Positions 23,801 to 33,996 are shown, counted from the first letter of the stretch. The stretch is DNA of 64,000 nt from an uncultured Methylomirabilota bacterium (GCA_963705305.1 OY970067.1:3072001-3136000), one strand, 5' to 3'. Notes: generated by a model from the sequence alone, not told the origin. Numbers and translations: made by a program.

Positions 23801-25981
23801 CAATCTGGTTGTCGAACGGGCCGTGGCCCTCGTGGGGGCGAAATTCGGTAGCATCCGGCTCTGGGACAATCAGCGGCAAGTGCTGACCTCGGCAGCCCGG
23901 ATGGGCAGCGACCGGCACGCGCCGACGGTTCCCCTGCGGCTCGGCGAGGGGGTGGCGGGGACCGCCGCCCAGCAGCGCCGGGGCTTCGTCGTCAACGACC
24001 TCCGCGCCTCGGCGTATGCTATTCCGGCCCTTCTCCAGGGAACGGTGCACACCGCCGTGATAGCCACGCCCTTACTGTTCGGAGATCGTCTGGTGGGTAC
24101 GCTGACGATCACCCGGGACGAGACCGATCCGCCCTTCACGGACGCCGACCTCGAGGTCCTCAACCTCTTCGCCCCCCATGCCGCCGTCGCCATCGAGAAC
24201 GCCCGCCTCCATGCGGCTGCGCTCCAGCGTGGCGAAGAGCTTGGGGCGCTGCTCCGGGCCGGGCGCGTCGTCATGGACGGATTGAATCTCGATGAGACCC
24301 TGGATCGCATTATCAGGGAAGCTTCCGCGATCGCGCGTGCCCCGCATGTCAAGATCCTGCTCGCGGACACGGAAGACGGAACGCTGCGCTTAGCAGCGGT
24401 CCTCGGCCGGCCCGCTGAGATGATGGGCCAATTCGATTATGCCGGGCGGGGCAGCCTCTCGGGGGTGGTCGCGAAGACCGGACACCCGCTCTTCGTGCCC
24501 GACTGCCAGCACGATCCGAGGAATATCGCCGCTGAGCAGGATAGCTTGCTGGGGATTCAGACCTACCTCGGGTTGCCGATCAAGAGCCGGGGTGAAATTC
24601 TCGGCGTCCTGACCTTTAACACGACGGAGCCTCGGCAGTACACCCCTGGAGAAATTGAGTACCTCAGCTCGTTCGCGGATCAAGCCGCCATCGCCATCGA
24701 GAACGCCCGCCTCTACGAGGAAGTGCAGCGGCACGCCGGCGAGCTGGAGACCCGGGTGAAGGAGCGCACCGCCGAGCTGGAGGAGGCCCTCCGGGTGAAG
24801 GCCGAGTTCCTGGCGAAGGTGTCCCACGAGCTGCGGACTCCCCTGAACTTCGTCCTCGGCTTCTCCGATCTGCTCAGAGAGCAGATCGCCGGGCCGCTCA
24901 CTGACAAACAGCTGCGGTTCGTGGACCGGATCCAGTTCGGTGGGCGCCAGCTGCTGACCCTCATCAGCGATCTCCTGGAATTGTCCCAGGTCGAAACGGG
25001 CCAGGAGGAGCTGCGGCTGGAGCGATTCCTGTTGGTCCCGGTCCTCCAGGAGGTCGTGGAGGTCTACGCGGTGCAGGCGGCCCAGAAGCAGCTGCAAGTC
25101 GAGACAGAATGCCCTCAGGGTCTCAGTGTCGTGGCGGATCGCCGGCGACTGATCCAGATCCTCGGCAACCTCGTGAGCAACAGTGTGAAGTTCACCCCCG
25201 ACGGTGGCCGAATCACGGTGACGTCCCGCCAGGTGACGGAAGACCGGAGACCGGAGACCGGCGCCACCCCCGGTCATCCGTCCCCCGTCCCCGGGGTGGA
25301 GCTCGCCGTCGCGGACACCGGCATCGGAATTGCGCCAGGAGATCTCGAGCGAATCTTCCTGGGGTTCGAGCAGGCGGACGGGTCTTCCACCCGGCACTAC
25401 GAGGGGGCGGGAATCGGCCTGGCCCTCGTCCGGACCCTTGTCAATCTGCACGGCGGCCAGGTGTGGGCGGAGAGCGCGGGCCTCGGGCAGGGCTCCCGGT
25501 TCGTCGTCCAGCTCCCCGTCCTGGCCGTGCCGGCCGCCCAGCGCATCCTGGTGGTGGAGGACGAGGCGTCGGTAGCGCGGCTCCTGGCGATCTTCCTTCG
25601 CGACGCCGGCTATGCGGTGGAGGTGGCGGAAACGGGGGGGAGGCGATCGCGAAACTGGCCGCACAGCCCCCCAACCTCGTCGTTCTAGATCTGGCCCTCC
25701 CGGACATGGACGGCTGGCAAATCTTGATGACCCTCCGCGCAGGAGCGGCGACACGCGCCCTCCCCGTGGTGGTCCTCACCGGGCTCGGGGCGGACCAGGC
25801 CGAGCAGGCCGCCGCCCGGGGCGCCGACGAGTTCCTGACAAAGCCGGTCTCGCCGAGCGTGCTGGCCGGAGTGGTGAAGACGCTGTTGGCCCGGGCTAGG
25901 GAGGCCGTGCACTTGCCCCCGTTGGCGGGGACGGGGAGGGGGCAGGAGATTGCGCGAGAGGCGGAAGGGCCGGAGGAATGA
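20811..25981 (+). CDS. Giant hybrid kinase: 5xGAF-PAS-2xGAF-HisKA-HATPase-REC; frameshift in G7 run 25634-25640 splits the REC domain
   Basis: SHELRTPL, NSVKFT, GAGIGL; REC begins RILVVEDE and continues in another frame (EAIAKLAAQPPNLVVLDLALPDMDG...TKP) to TGA 25981. Confidence 0.9.
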
Positions 25982-25985
25982 GAAA

Positions 25986-26972
25986 GTGACGCCGCCTGAG
26001 AGCAGGACACCTGTTGGCGTCCGGCCCAGCCGAATCGTGATCGCCGAGGACGATCCGACCACCCGGGAGCTGTTGACCACGATGGTGGAGGGGCTGGGAT
26101 ACACCGTGATCGCGGTGGAGGATGGGCAGGCTGCCCTCGAGGCCGTCGCAGCCCAGCCGCCCGATCTCGTCATCTCCGACGTGGCGATGCCGCGCATGAA
26201 CGGCATCGAGCTGTGCCGGTCCTTGAAGGGCGATCCAAGGACCTTCCTCATTCCCTTTGTCCTCATCACGGCCAGCGCGAGCGAGTCCAGGCTGGAGGGC
26301 CTGGAGGCCGGCGCGGATGAATTTCTCGGCAAGCCGGTCAACCCGCCGGAGCTGCGGGTGCGGATGCGGGCCCTCCTGCGGATGAAGGCGTTCACCGACG
26401 AGCTGGACTCGGTGGACGCGGTGCTCTGCTCGCTCGGCAAGAGCATCGAGGCCAAAGACCCGTACACGGAGGGCCACTGCGATCGGCTGGCGCGCTCCGC
26501 CGTGGCGATCGGGCGGGTGCTGGGCCTCCCGGAGGCGGACCTGACCGCGCTCCGGCGGGGCGGGTACCTGCACGACCTGGGGAAGGTCAGCGTCCCGGAA
26601 TCGATCCTGCTCAAGGCTGGGCCGTTGAGCCCACCCGAGCGGGCTGTCGTCCGGCGGCATCCGGAGATCGGCGCGGGGATCTGCGGCCCGTTACGCTCCC
26701 TCCAGGCCGTGGTGCCGATCATCCGCCACCACCACGAGCGGTGGGATGGCTCTGGCTATCCGGATGGCCTGCGGGGAGACCAGAACCCCCTCCTGGCCCG
26801 GGTCCTCCAGATGGCGGATATGTACGATGCCCTAACCACGGACCGGCCCTACCGGCGGGCCCTGCCTCCGGGCGAAGCGTTCGAGATCCTGGAAGCTGAG
26901 GAGCGAAAGGGGTGGCGCGACCCGGCCATCCTCCGTGCGGCTCGCGCCGCTTTGGACGATTCCGGAGTCTGA
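25986..26972 (+). CDS. REC + HD-GYP c-di-GMP phosphodiesterase (RpfG-like)
   Basis: IAEDD, SDVAMP; KDPYTEGH, HDLGK, HHHERWDGSGYPDGL, RPYR. Confidence 0.92.
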   Translation: MTPPESRTPVGVRPSRIVIAEDDPTTRELLTTMVEGLGYTVIAVEDGQAALEAVAAQPPDLVISDVAMPRMNGIELCRSLKGDPRTFLIPFVLITASASESRLEGLEAGADEFLGKPVNPPELRVRMRALLRMKAFTDELDSVDAVLCSLGKSIEAKDPYTEGHCDRLARSAVAIGRVLGLPEADLTALRRGGYLHDLGKVSVPESILLKAGPLSPPERAVVRRHPEIGAGICGPLRSLQAVVPIIRHHHERWDGSGYPDGLRGDQNPLLARVLQMADMYDALTTDRPYRRALPPGEAFEILEAEERKGWRDPAILRAARAALDDSGV

Positions 26973-26991
26973 GAGAGAATCGAGGACGACC

Positions 26992-27378
26992 GTGGTCCCA
27001 CGCATTCTGGTCGTCGAGGACAATCCGGTGAACCGAGAGTTCATGCTGGCCTTGCTCGAGGGGGAGGGGTACGAGGTCCTCACGGCGGAGACGGCGGAAG
27101 CCGCCATCACCCTGGCCCGGCAGGAGCGGCCCGCCCTCATCCTGATGGACATCCAGCTCCCGGGCAAGACCGGGTACGAGGCGACCCGACAGCTCAAGGC
27201 GGACGCGGCCACGGCCGCGATCCCGATCGTGGCGGTGACCGCTCAGGCCATGCGGGGCGAAGAGGCCAAGGCCCGGGCGGCCGGCTGCGACGCCTTCGTG
27301 GCTAAACCCGTGAACACCCAGACGCTTCGCGCCACGCTGCGGCGGTTCCTGGGGCCGCCGCCCGGCGGCGAGGCATAA
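26992..27378 (+). CDS. Single-domain response regulator (DivK/CheY-like)
   Basis: ILVVEDN, LMDIQLP, TAQAM, GCD.F.AKP. Confidence 0.9.
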   Translation: MVPRILVVEDNPVNREFMLALLEGEGYEVLTAETAEAAITLARQERPALILMDIQLPGKTGYEATRQLKADAATAAIPIVAVTAQAMRGEEAKARAAGCDAFVAKPVNTQTLRATLRRFLGPPPGGEA

Positions 27379-27444
27379 GAGAAACGGACAACAGCCCGAG
27401 AGGACCGGCGAGCCGGCCCCACAACACCCTGGGGGAGAATCCTA

Positions 27445-28386
27445 ATGGCGCACCGCATTCTGGTCGTGGATGATGAGCCCGTGAACCGGGAATTGGCGGA
27501 GGCTGTCCTTGCAGTGGCGGGCTACGAAGTCGCGCTGGCCCCGGACGGCCCGACCGCCCTGGCGCTGGCACAGGCGGATCCGCCAGACCTCGTCCTGCTC
27601 GACCTCATCATGCCCGGGATGCACGGCCAGGAGGTCTGCGAAATGCTGAAGGCCGAGCCGCGAACCGCCGACCTTCCGGTGATTGTCGTCACGGCCGTCG
27701 GCCAGGTCGCGACCAAGGAGGCTCTGCTGACCAGCGGGGCCGACGACTTCGTCACCAAGCCGTTTCAGCCTGGCGATCTCCTGGCCCGGGTCGAGGCCAT
27801 GCTGAAGGTCCGGAGCATCCGCCGGGAGCTCGACCGCACCCTGGCCTACCTCCACGAGCTGGAGCTGGCCCGTCACGCCCGGCGCGAGGCCGTCTTGGCC
27901 GACGCCACGCCCGCCGCCGCCCCGCCGCCGGCCACCCCCGCCCCGACCCGCATCCCCATCCTCCTCGTCGACGACGAGGTCCTCACCCGGGACTTCTACG
28001 GGGACCTCCTGACCGCCCACGGTTTCCAGGTCTTCCTCGCCGCTTCCGGCCCGGAGGGGCTGGCCCTGGCCTCCCGGCAGCCGGTCGAAGCGGTGATCCT
28101 GGACATCATGATGCCCGAGATGTCCGGCCTCGAGGTCCTGGAGCGGCTCCACCGCGCGCAGCCCGAACTCCCCGTCATCATGCTGACGGCCGCCCCCACC
28201 TCCCAGAACGCCATCGCGTCCCTCAAGCTGGGGGCATTCGATTTCATCGTGAAGGGGCTGGACCACAGCCTGGTGATGATGGCGGTCCACCGGGCCGTGC
28301 GGCACCGCCAGGAAGTCCTCCAGCAGCGAAGCGAGGTCGCCCGCCTGCGCGCCCGCGTGGCCGAGCTGGAGGCCGGGCGGCCCTAG
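27445..28386 (+). CDS. Response regulator with two REC domains
   Basis: Two xLxVDDE / LDxxMP sets joined by a Pro/Ala linker; C-terminal coiled-coil-like segment. Confidence 0.88.
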   Translation: MAHRILVVDDEPVNRELAEAVLAVAGYEVALAPDGPTALALAQADPPDLVLLDLIMPGMHGQEVCEMLKAEPRTADLPVIVVTAVGQVATKEALLTSGADDFVTKPFQPGDLLARVEAMLKVRSIRRELDRTLAYLHELELARHARREAVLADATPAAAPPPATPAPTRIPILLVDDEVLTRDFYGDLLTAHGFQVFLAASGPEGLALASRQPVEAVILDIMMPEMSGLEVLERLHRAQPELPVIMLTAAPTSQNAIASLKLGAFDFIVKGLDHSLVMMAVHRAVRHRQEVLQQRSEVARLRARVAELEAGRP

Positions 28387-28410
28387 GGCCCCCGGAGAGA
28401 GCGCCCGCCC

Positions 28411-28809
28411 GTGGCGAAATGCATCCTGGTCATCGACGACGATCCCCAGACCCGCGCGCTGGTGGCGGCCCTGCTGCAGCCAGCCGGGTACACCGTCCGC
28501 GAGGCCCCCGACGGGGTGCGGGGGATCGAAGCCGCCGACGCGGCGCCGCCCGATCTCGTCCTCCTGGACGTGCAGATGCCGGGCATGGACGGGTACGAGG
28601 TCTGCCGGCAGCTCCGCCAGGCGCCCTGCACCCGGCAGGTCCCGGTGGTCATGCTCACCGCCACGGATGATGTGGCGCTGAATCGGAAAGCCTACGCGGC
28701 CGGCGCCCACGCCTGCATTCCCAAGCCCTTTCGGGGGGAAGGGTTAGTCGCCGTCATAAAGGCGGCCCTGTCCGCCGTCTCCCGGGGGCAGCCAAAGGCT
28801 TCCGCCTAA
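28411..28809 (+). CDS. Single-domain response regulator
   Basis: ILVIDDD, LLDVQMP, KPF. Confidence 0.88.
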   Translation: MAKCILVIDDDPQTRALVAALLQPAGYTVREAPDGVRGIEAADAAPPDLVLLDVQMPGMDGYEVCRQLRQAPCTRQVPVVMLTATDDVALNRKAYAAGAHACIPKPFRGEGLVAVIKAALSAVSRGQPKASA

Positions 28810-28840
28810 CCCCGGGGGACCCGATCTCCAGAGAACATAA

Positions 28841-28915
28841 AAAGGGGACGTAGTTCATGTATTTCTATTATTCGATTCGGAGCGGAAACGGAAATAGCTG
28901 AACAACGTCCCCTTT
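28841..28915. mobile_element. Miniature non-autonomous derivative (REPIN/MITE-like) of the RAYT element
   Basis: AAAGGGGACGTAGTTCATGTATTTC-N25-GAAATAGCTGAACAACGTCCCCTTT; ends match those at 15867 and 17098. Confidence 0.8.
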
Positions 28916-29052
28916 CCATCTTTACTGTGTTTCTCCATACTCGGGAAGGCGTGTCCGTCTGGCCGACCCACCCGGCCCCACGGCCCATCTCGTCTGTTTC
29001 CTCCTTTACAGTCCGTGCATTCCTTAGATAGACTACGCCGGCACCTGGGGGA

Positions 29053-30573
29053 GTGATGGCGGCAATGCAAAGATGGCGGTTGGGTCTCTGGGCCAAGCTG
29101 CTGGCCATGATGTTCGGGCTGCTGGTGCTCGTGCTGGCCACACTATTCATCCTGTATTGGAAGGCCGAGCAGCAGCTCATTACCCAGGTGGAGCGGCACA
29201 CAACGGATCTCAGCACCGCCATTCAGATCAGCGTCGAGCAGCTGACCTCCAAGGGCCGCACCAGCGAGGCACGGCTCCAGGACTATGTCCAGCGCCTCCA
29301 GCGCCGGGGGGTCCGCGAGATCTCGATTGTCAGCAACGAGCAGGAAGTCATCGCTTCATCCAACCCGCGCCGGGTGGGAGCTCGGGTGGATCCCCGGCGC
29401 AAAGACATCCTCATCACCGCCCGGCTGGGGGAGGAAAATCCGGGCGGGGTGAACCAGAAGACGTACAACCTGTTCGTGCCGATCGTGGTCGGCAACCAGC
29501 GCAGCGGGTATATCCTGATCAGCATGATCCTAGACGATTTCGCCGATCTGGCGCGCGTCAACTTCGTGAAGCGGCTGGTGGCGACGATTCTCGTGTTCAT
29601 GGTCGGGAGCGCGGGCGCCGTGGCGCTGGCCTGGACCTACGTTAAGCCCATCGCACAGGTGGCGGGCGTGGCCCAGCGAGTGGCCCAGGGGAACCTCGAC
29701 GAGCGGCTCCCCGTCCAGCGCCGGGACGAGATCGGCGAGCTGAACAGCAGCTTCAACGAGATGGTGGACAAGCTGCAGGAGCGCAAAGAGCTGGAAGCGC
29801 GCCTGTACCAGGCGGAGAGGCTTTCCGCCATCGCCCACCTGGCCTCGGGCATCGCGCACGAGGTGCGCAACCCCCTCAACCTGATCAACCTCACCATCGA
29901 CCATCTGCGGGCACGCTTTGTTCCCGCCGGGCCCGAGGACCAGGAGGAGTTCAACCGGCTGACCGACCACGTCAAGAAGGAGATCCACCGCCTGAACGAG
30001 ATGATCGAAAGCTTCCTGGAGTACGGGCGCCCCCTGAAGCTGCAGGCGCAGGCCGCGGACATCCGCCAACTGCTGGACGAAGTGCTGGAGGTGGCGGCCC
30101 ACAAGGCGGCGGTGGAACAGGTCCGGGTGGAGCGAGAGTACGCCGCCGACCTTCCGCTGGTCTGGCTGGATATTCCCCACATCAAGACCTGCTTTCTCAA
30201 CCTGGTATTGAATGCCTTTCAGGCCATGCCCGGCGGGGGGGTGCTGCGGGTCGCGGCGCAACAGGTCCATGAGTCGACCGGTCAAAAGGTCGATTCGAGG
30301 AGACCGGTCGACGGATTGACCACTGGGCCAATTCACAGTCCGAGCGAGTGGGTCGAGATCCGTTTTCAGGACACCGGCTCGGGGATCGCCCCCGAGAATC
30401 TGGGGCAGGTGTTTGAGCCGTACTTCACCACCAAGGAAGTTGGGATCGGCCTAGGCCTGGCGCTGACGAAGCAGATCGTGGAGGGGCACGGGGGCCGGAT
30501 CGAGCTCTCCAGCGCGCCGGGGGAGGGGACCCTGGCCCGGCTGCGACTCCCCCTCGGGGAGCCGACGACGTGA
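29053..30573 (+). CDS. Sensor histidine kinase (2TM, HAMP, NtrB-like)
   Basis: RRDEIGEL HAMP, AHEVRNPL, NAFQAM, FEPYFTTK, GIGLGL. Confidence 0.92.
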   Translation: MMAAMQRWRLGLWAKLLAMMFGLLVLVLATLFILYWKAEQQLITQVERHTTDLSTAIQISVEQLTSKGRTSEARLQDYVQRLQRRGVREISIVSNEQEVIASSNPRRVGARVDPRRKDILITARLGEENPGGVNQKTYNLFVPIVVGNQRSGYILISMILDDFADLARVNFVKRLVATILVFMVGSAGAVALAWTYVKPIAQVAGVAQRVAQGNLDERLPVQRRDEIGELNSSFNEMVDKLQERKELEARLYQAERLSAIAHLASGIAHEVRNPLNLINLTIDHLRARFVPAGPEDQEEFNRLTDHVKKEIHRLNEMIESFLEYGRPLKLQAQAADIRQLLDEVLEVAAHKAAVEQVRVEREYAADLPLVWLDIPHIKTCFLNLVLNAFQAMPGGGVLRVAAQQVHESTGQKVDSRRPVDGLTTGPIHSPSEWVEIRFQDTGSGIAPENLGQVFEPYFTTKEVGIGLGLALTKQIVEGHGGRIELSSAPGEGTLARLRLPLGEPTT

Positions 30574-32003
30574 ACAAGGGCCAGATCCTGGTTGTCGATG
30601 ACGAGGCGGCCCAGCGGGATATCCTGCGGACCATCCTGGCGTCCGAGGGCTACAGCGTGCAGACGGCCGCGAACGGGGCCGAGGCCCTGCGCGAGGGCGC
30701 CCAAGGGCACGTCGACCTCGTGCTCACCGACCTGCGCATGCCGGGCACGGACGGGCTCTCCCTGGTGCGGCAGCTGACGCGGGACGACCCGCCCACGCTG
30801 GTGATCCTGATGACGGGCTACGGCTCCCAGGATTCCGCCGAGCAGGCCATGAAGCAGGGCGCCTTCGACTACCTGACGAAGCCCTTGGAGCGGAACGAGT
30901 TGCTGCTCACCGTCAACCGGGCCTTCGAGCGCATTCGCCTCAGCCAGGAGAACCGCCTGCTGCGGGAGCAGCTGGAGGCGCGCTTCCGCGTGGAGGGTAT
31001 CGTCGGCAGCCACTACCGGATGCAGGCGGTCTTCGACAAGCTGCACCGGGTGTCCAACAGCAGCTCCACGGTGCTGATCGTGGGGGAGAGCGGGACCGGG
31101 AAGGAGCTGGTGGCCCGCGCCATCCACCGCCACAGCCCGCGCGCGGATCGCCCCTTCGTGGCCATCAGCTGCGCGGCCATTCCCGAGACCTTGATCGAGA
31201 GCGAGCTGTTCGGCTACGAGAAGGGGGCGTTCACCGGCGCGGTCAGCCGCCGCCAGGGCCTGTTCGAGGCGGCGGACCGGAGCACGCTGTTCCTGGACGA
31301 GATCGGCGAGCTGAGCCCGAATCTCCAGGTCAAGGTGCTGCGCTCCCTCCAAGAGCGGGAGATCCGGCGAGTGGGCGGCCGGGAGAACGTGAAGGTGGAC
31401 ACGCGGATCATCGCGGCCACCAACAAAGATCTGGAGGCGGAGGTTGCGAAGGGCAGGTTCCGGGAAGATCTCTACTACCGGCTGAACGTGGTGATCATCA
31501 ATCTCCCCCCCCTGCGCGAGCGGAGCACGGACGTCCCGCAGTTGGCCGAGTATTTCGTGGCCCGGAGCTGCAAGGAGATCGGCCAGCCGCCATTTCCCAT
31601 CACGACCGAGGCCATGCGGCTGCTCCTCCAGTATCACTGGCCGGGCAACGTCCGCCAGTTGGAGGCGGTCATCCAGCGGGCGGTTCTCCTCTCGGACGGC
31701 CGGAAGATCGATTATACGGACCTGCCCATCGAGGTCCGTTTCTCCACCCTGCCGGCTCACGAGCCGCGGCCCGATGAGGCCGCCGCGGCCGGGGGCGCCC
31801 ATCGCTTCACGTTGCCGCTGGGGGGGATCGATATGGAAGAGGTGGAGCGAGACTTCATCCTTCAGGCCATGGAGGCGTCGGACGGGGTGATCGCCAAGGC
31901 GGCCAAACTGCTGGGCGTGAGCTATCGCACGCTCCAATACCGGCTGGAGAAATTCCAGATCCGGCGAGAAGGGGGCGACGAAACCGAGGCCTCCGGAGGA
32001 TAG
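30570..32003 (+). CDS. Sigma54-dependent response regulator (NtrC family)
   Basis: [33 protein letters not shown]-terminal Fis HTH. Confidence 0.95.
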   Translation: MNKGQILVVDDEAAQRDILRTILASEGYSVQTAANGAEALREGAQGHVDLVLTDLRMPGTDGLSLVRQLTRDDPPTLVILMTGYGSQDSAEQAMKQGAFDYLTKPLERNELLLTVNRAFERIRLSQENRLLREQLEARFRVEGIVGSHYRMQAVFDKLHRVSNSSSTVLIVGESGTGKELVARAIHRHSPRADRPFVAISCAAIPETLIESELFGYEKGAFTGAVSRRQGLFEAADRSTLFLDEIGELSPNLQVKVLRSLQEREIRRVGGRENVKVDTRIIAATNKDLEAEVAKGRFREDLYYRLNVVIINLPPLRERSTDVPQLAEYFVARSCKEIGQPPFPITTEAMRLLLQYHWPGNVRQLEAVIQRAVLLSDGRKIDYTDLPIEVRFSTLPAHEPRPDEAAAAGGAHRFTLPLGGIDMEEVERDFILQAMEASDGVIAKAAKLLGVSYRTLQYRLEKFQIRREGGDETEASGG

Positions 32004-32068
32004 ACGGTCGGGACTCCCGGGGCCCGCAGCTGGAACCCGCGATGGGTTCATGAGAAAGGGGGGATGGC

Positions 32069-32164
32069 ATGGGCAGCGTTGTGAAGAAACGGCGAAAGAA
32101 GATCGCCAAGCACAAGTATAAAAAGCTCCTGAAACGAACCAGGCACCAACGCCGGAACAAGTAG
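32069..32164 (+). CDS. 31-aa basic protein, bS22 / AURKAIP1-COX24 (mS38-like) ribosomal small protein family
   Basis: MGSVVKKRRKKIAKHKYKKLLKRTRHQRRNK behind a purine-rich RBS; below the ORF-track size cutoff. Confidence 0.88.
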   Translation: MGSVVKKRRKKIAKHKYKKLLKRTRHQRRNK

Positions 32165-32245
32165 GATGCCGGGACTGTGAGGGGCCGGATGTCCGCAAGG
32201 GAGGCCACCCGGCGGCAGTCCGGCCCCTGTTTCTGCGGGCGCGTT

Positions 32246-32272
32246 CAACCTTTTCCGTTTGTCGGTGTCTCA
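32246..32272 (+). promoter_or_regulatory. Possible ECF-type promoter
   Basis: CAACC-N16-GTCT upstream of an ECF sigma gene. Confidence 0.4.
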
Positions 32273-32475
32273 AAAATCGAGGGGACCCCGTGGGTACTCG
32301 GCGAAGCAATTCTTCCTCTGCCGGGTCCAGAGCGATATTGCCGGGCGGTCCGGCCGCCCCCCCGACGGGGCGACCGCGGACCGAGAATGCCTTCGATGTC
32401 TCGCGGACCCACCCGGGCGAGGTCGCCGATCCTCCCGTGGATCGGCGGTCGCCGGACGTGGATTGAGGGCGGGTC

Positions 32476-33078
32476 TTGTCTCGCTCAGACTTCGAGGTGA
32501 TCCGGCAGGTCCTGGACGGAGACAGGGAGGCGTTCGGGATCCTGGTCCGCCAGCACGAGCAGAGTATTTATCGGCTGGTGTATCGGATGACCCATAATGC
32601 CGAGGATGCCCGGGACCTGGCCCAGGAGACCTTTCTGCACGCCTATCGGGCGCTGGGCACCTTCCAGCGTCAGGCCAGCTTTGCCACGTGGCTCTATCGG
32701 ATTGCGATGAATCTCTGTCTCAATCATCGCAAGGCGGCTGCGCGGCAGGATCCGGCGGAGGTGGGGGATCGCCTTGCCGATGACCGCCCCGATTCCCTGG
32801 AAGCCCTCCTGACGGCGGAGCGGGATCGGGCGCTGGCCGCGGCGATCCAGGCGCTGCCTCCACAACAGCGGGCGACCCTGACCCTGCGGGTCCACCAAGG
32901 TCTCAGCCACCGGGAGATCGCCGAGGTCCTGGAATGCGCCGAGGGGACGGCGAAGGCGAACTACTTCCACGCCGTGCGGGCCCTCCAGCGGCAGCTTCGG
33001 GAGTTCCAGGAAAGCGGCGGGGCGGCAGGGCAGGGGAAGGGCGAAGCGGCGGAAGATCGGCATGACGCGACCCCCTGA
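32476..33078 (+). CDS. ECF RNA polymerase sigma factor
   Basis: DLAQETFL.AY, FATWLYRIAMN, LSHREIAEVLE...GT. Confidence 0.92.
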   Translation: MSRSDFEVIRQVLDGDREAFGILVRQHEQSIYRLVYRMTHNAEDARDLAQETFLHAYRALGTFQRQASFATWLYRIAMNLCLNHRKAAARQDPAEVGDRLADDRPDSLEALLTAERDRALAAAIQALPPQQRATLTLRVHQGLSHREIAEVLECAEGTAKANYFHAVRALQRQLREFQESGGAAGQGKGEAAEDRHDATP

Positions 33079-33106
33079 TCCTCACTGGAAAGCGACAGGT
33101 GCTGCG

Positions 33107-33649
33107 ATGAGCGAGTGCGACGAGATCGAGGAGTGCATACTGGATGGTCTGGAGACGAATCTCGCCCCGGCGCGGCGCGCCCGGATGGCCGCGCATCTTG
33201 ACCGCTGTCCGCGCTGCGCCCAGGAGGCGTCGCTCGTCCGCGAGCTGTTGGGAGGGGTGGAGCGCTTGCCGGTGCCTGAACCCCCACCGGACTTCTGGAG
33301 AGGTTTCGAGGAGTCCGTTCGGCGCCGCGTTGCTCAGGAACCTTTGCCCAGACCTCCCGCCCTGGGCTGGCTCGCGGACTGGCTGAGGCGGTTTGGCGGC
33401 CCCCAGGCGGTCCCGGTTCTGGCAACGGCCGCCGCCCTGGCATTGTTCCTCGCCATCGGACTGCTTCACACGCCGCGCCCGGCCCGCGAGCTGGCCATGG
33501 GAGAGGTGCCCGGATCGGCAGAAGAGCTGCAGATCGCGCAGAACCTGGACGTCCTCGAGCACTTCGATCTCCTGGAGAACCTGGATGTCCTGGAGCAGCT
33601 TCCGCTCCTCGGACCTCCGGCGGCAGGAAGCTCCCCGCAGATGGGCTGA
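33107..33649 (+). CDS. Zinc-finger (zf-HC2) transmembrane anti-sigma factor
   Basis: HLDRCPRC (HxxxCxxC) and a single TM helix; directly follows the sigma gene. Confidence 0.85.
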   Translation: MSECDEIEECILDGLETNLAPARRARMAAHLDRCPRCAQEASLVRELLGGVERLPVPEPPPDFWRGFEESVRRRVAQEPLPRPPALGWLADWLRRFGGPQAVPVLATAAALALFLAIGLLHTPRPARELAMGEVPGSAEELQIAQNLDVLEHFDLLENLDVLEQLPLLGPPAAGSSPQMG

Positions 33650-33996
33650 GGGCGCCGATGCGAGGACGGCGGCTTCCGGTTGGCGCCGGGAGCCCTGCTG
33701 AGCGTTCTGCCGGTCTGGCCGGGCGGGCCGATCGGCAGGTAGCGGCGGGCCCGCCTCCTGCGGTCGGCGTTTTATCCGGTCGCCGACTCTCCCGCACGCG
33801 ACCTTCCGATGGGGCGATTCTCCCTTCGGTGTCCGACCACAAATCTGCTACGATATTTGCGGGGCCGCAGGATGTCCCGGGCGACCCCCCAGAAAGGCGC
33901 GGGACCCTCCAACGCGAGACGGGCTTCCCGCGCCCGGCCGATGGATTTTCCGGGGAAACACGGCGAGTGCACCCCGAGCGAGCAGAAGGACAGGAG

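Noticed and set aside
33658..33996. Long N-terminal extensions of rlmD (and of ychF, leuC, rnj, the RNase H-like gene) in the ORF track
   Set aside because: Low-complexity upstream sequence; better starts exist where family similarity begins, mostly with an RBS.
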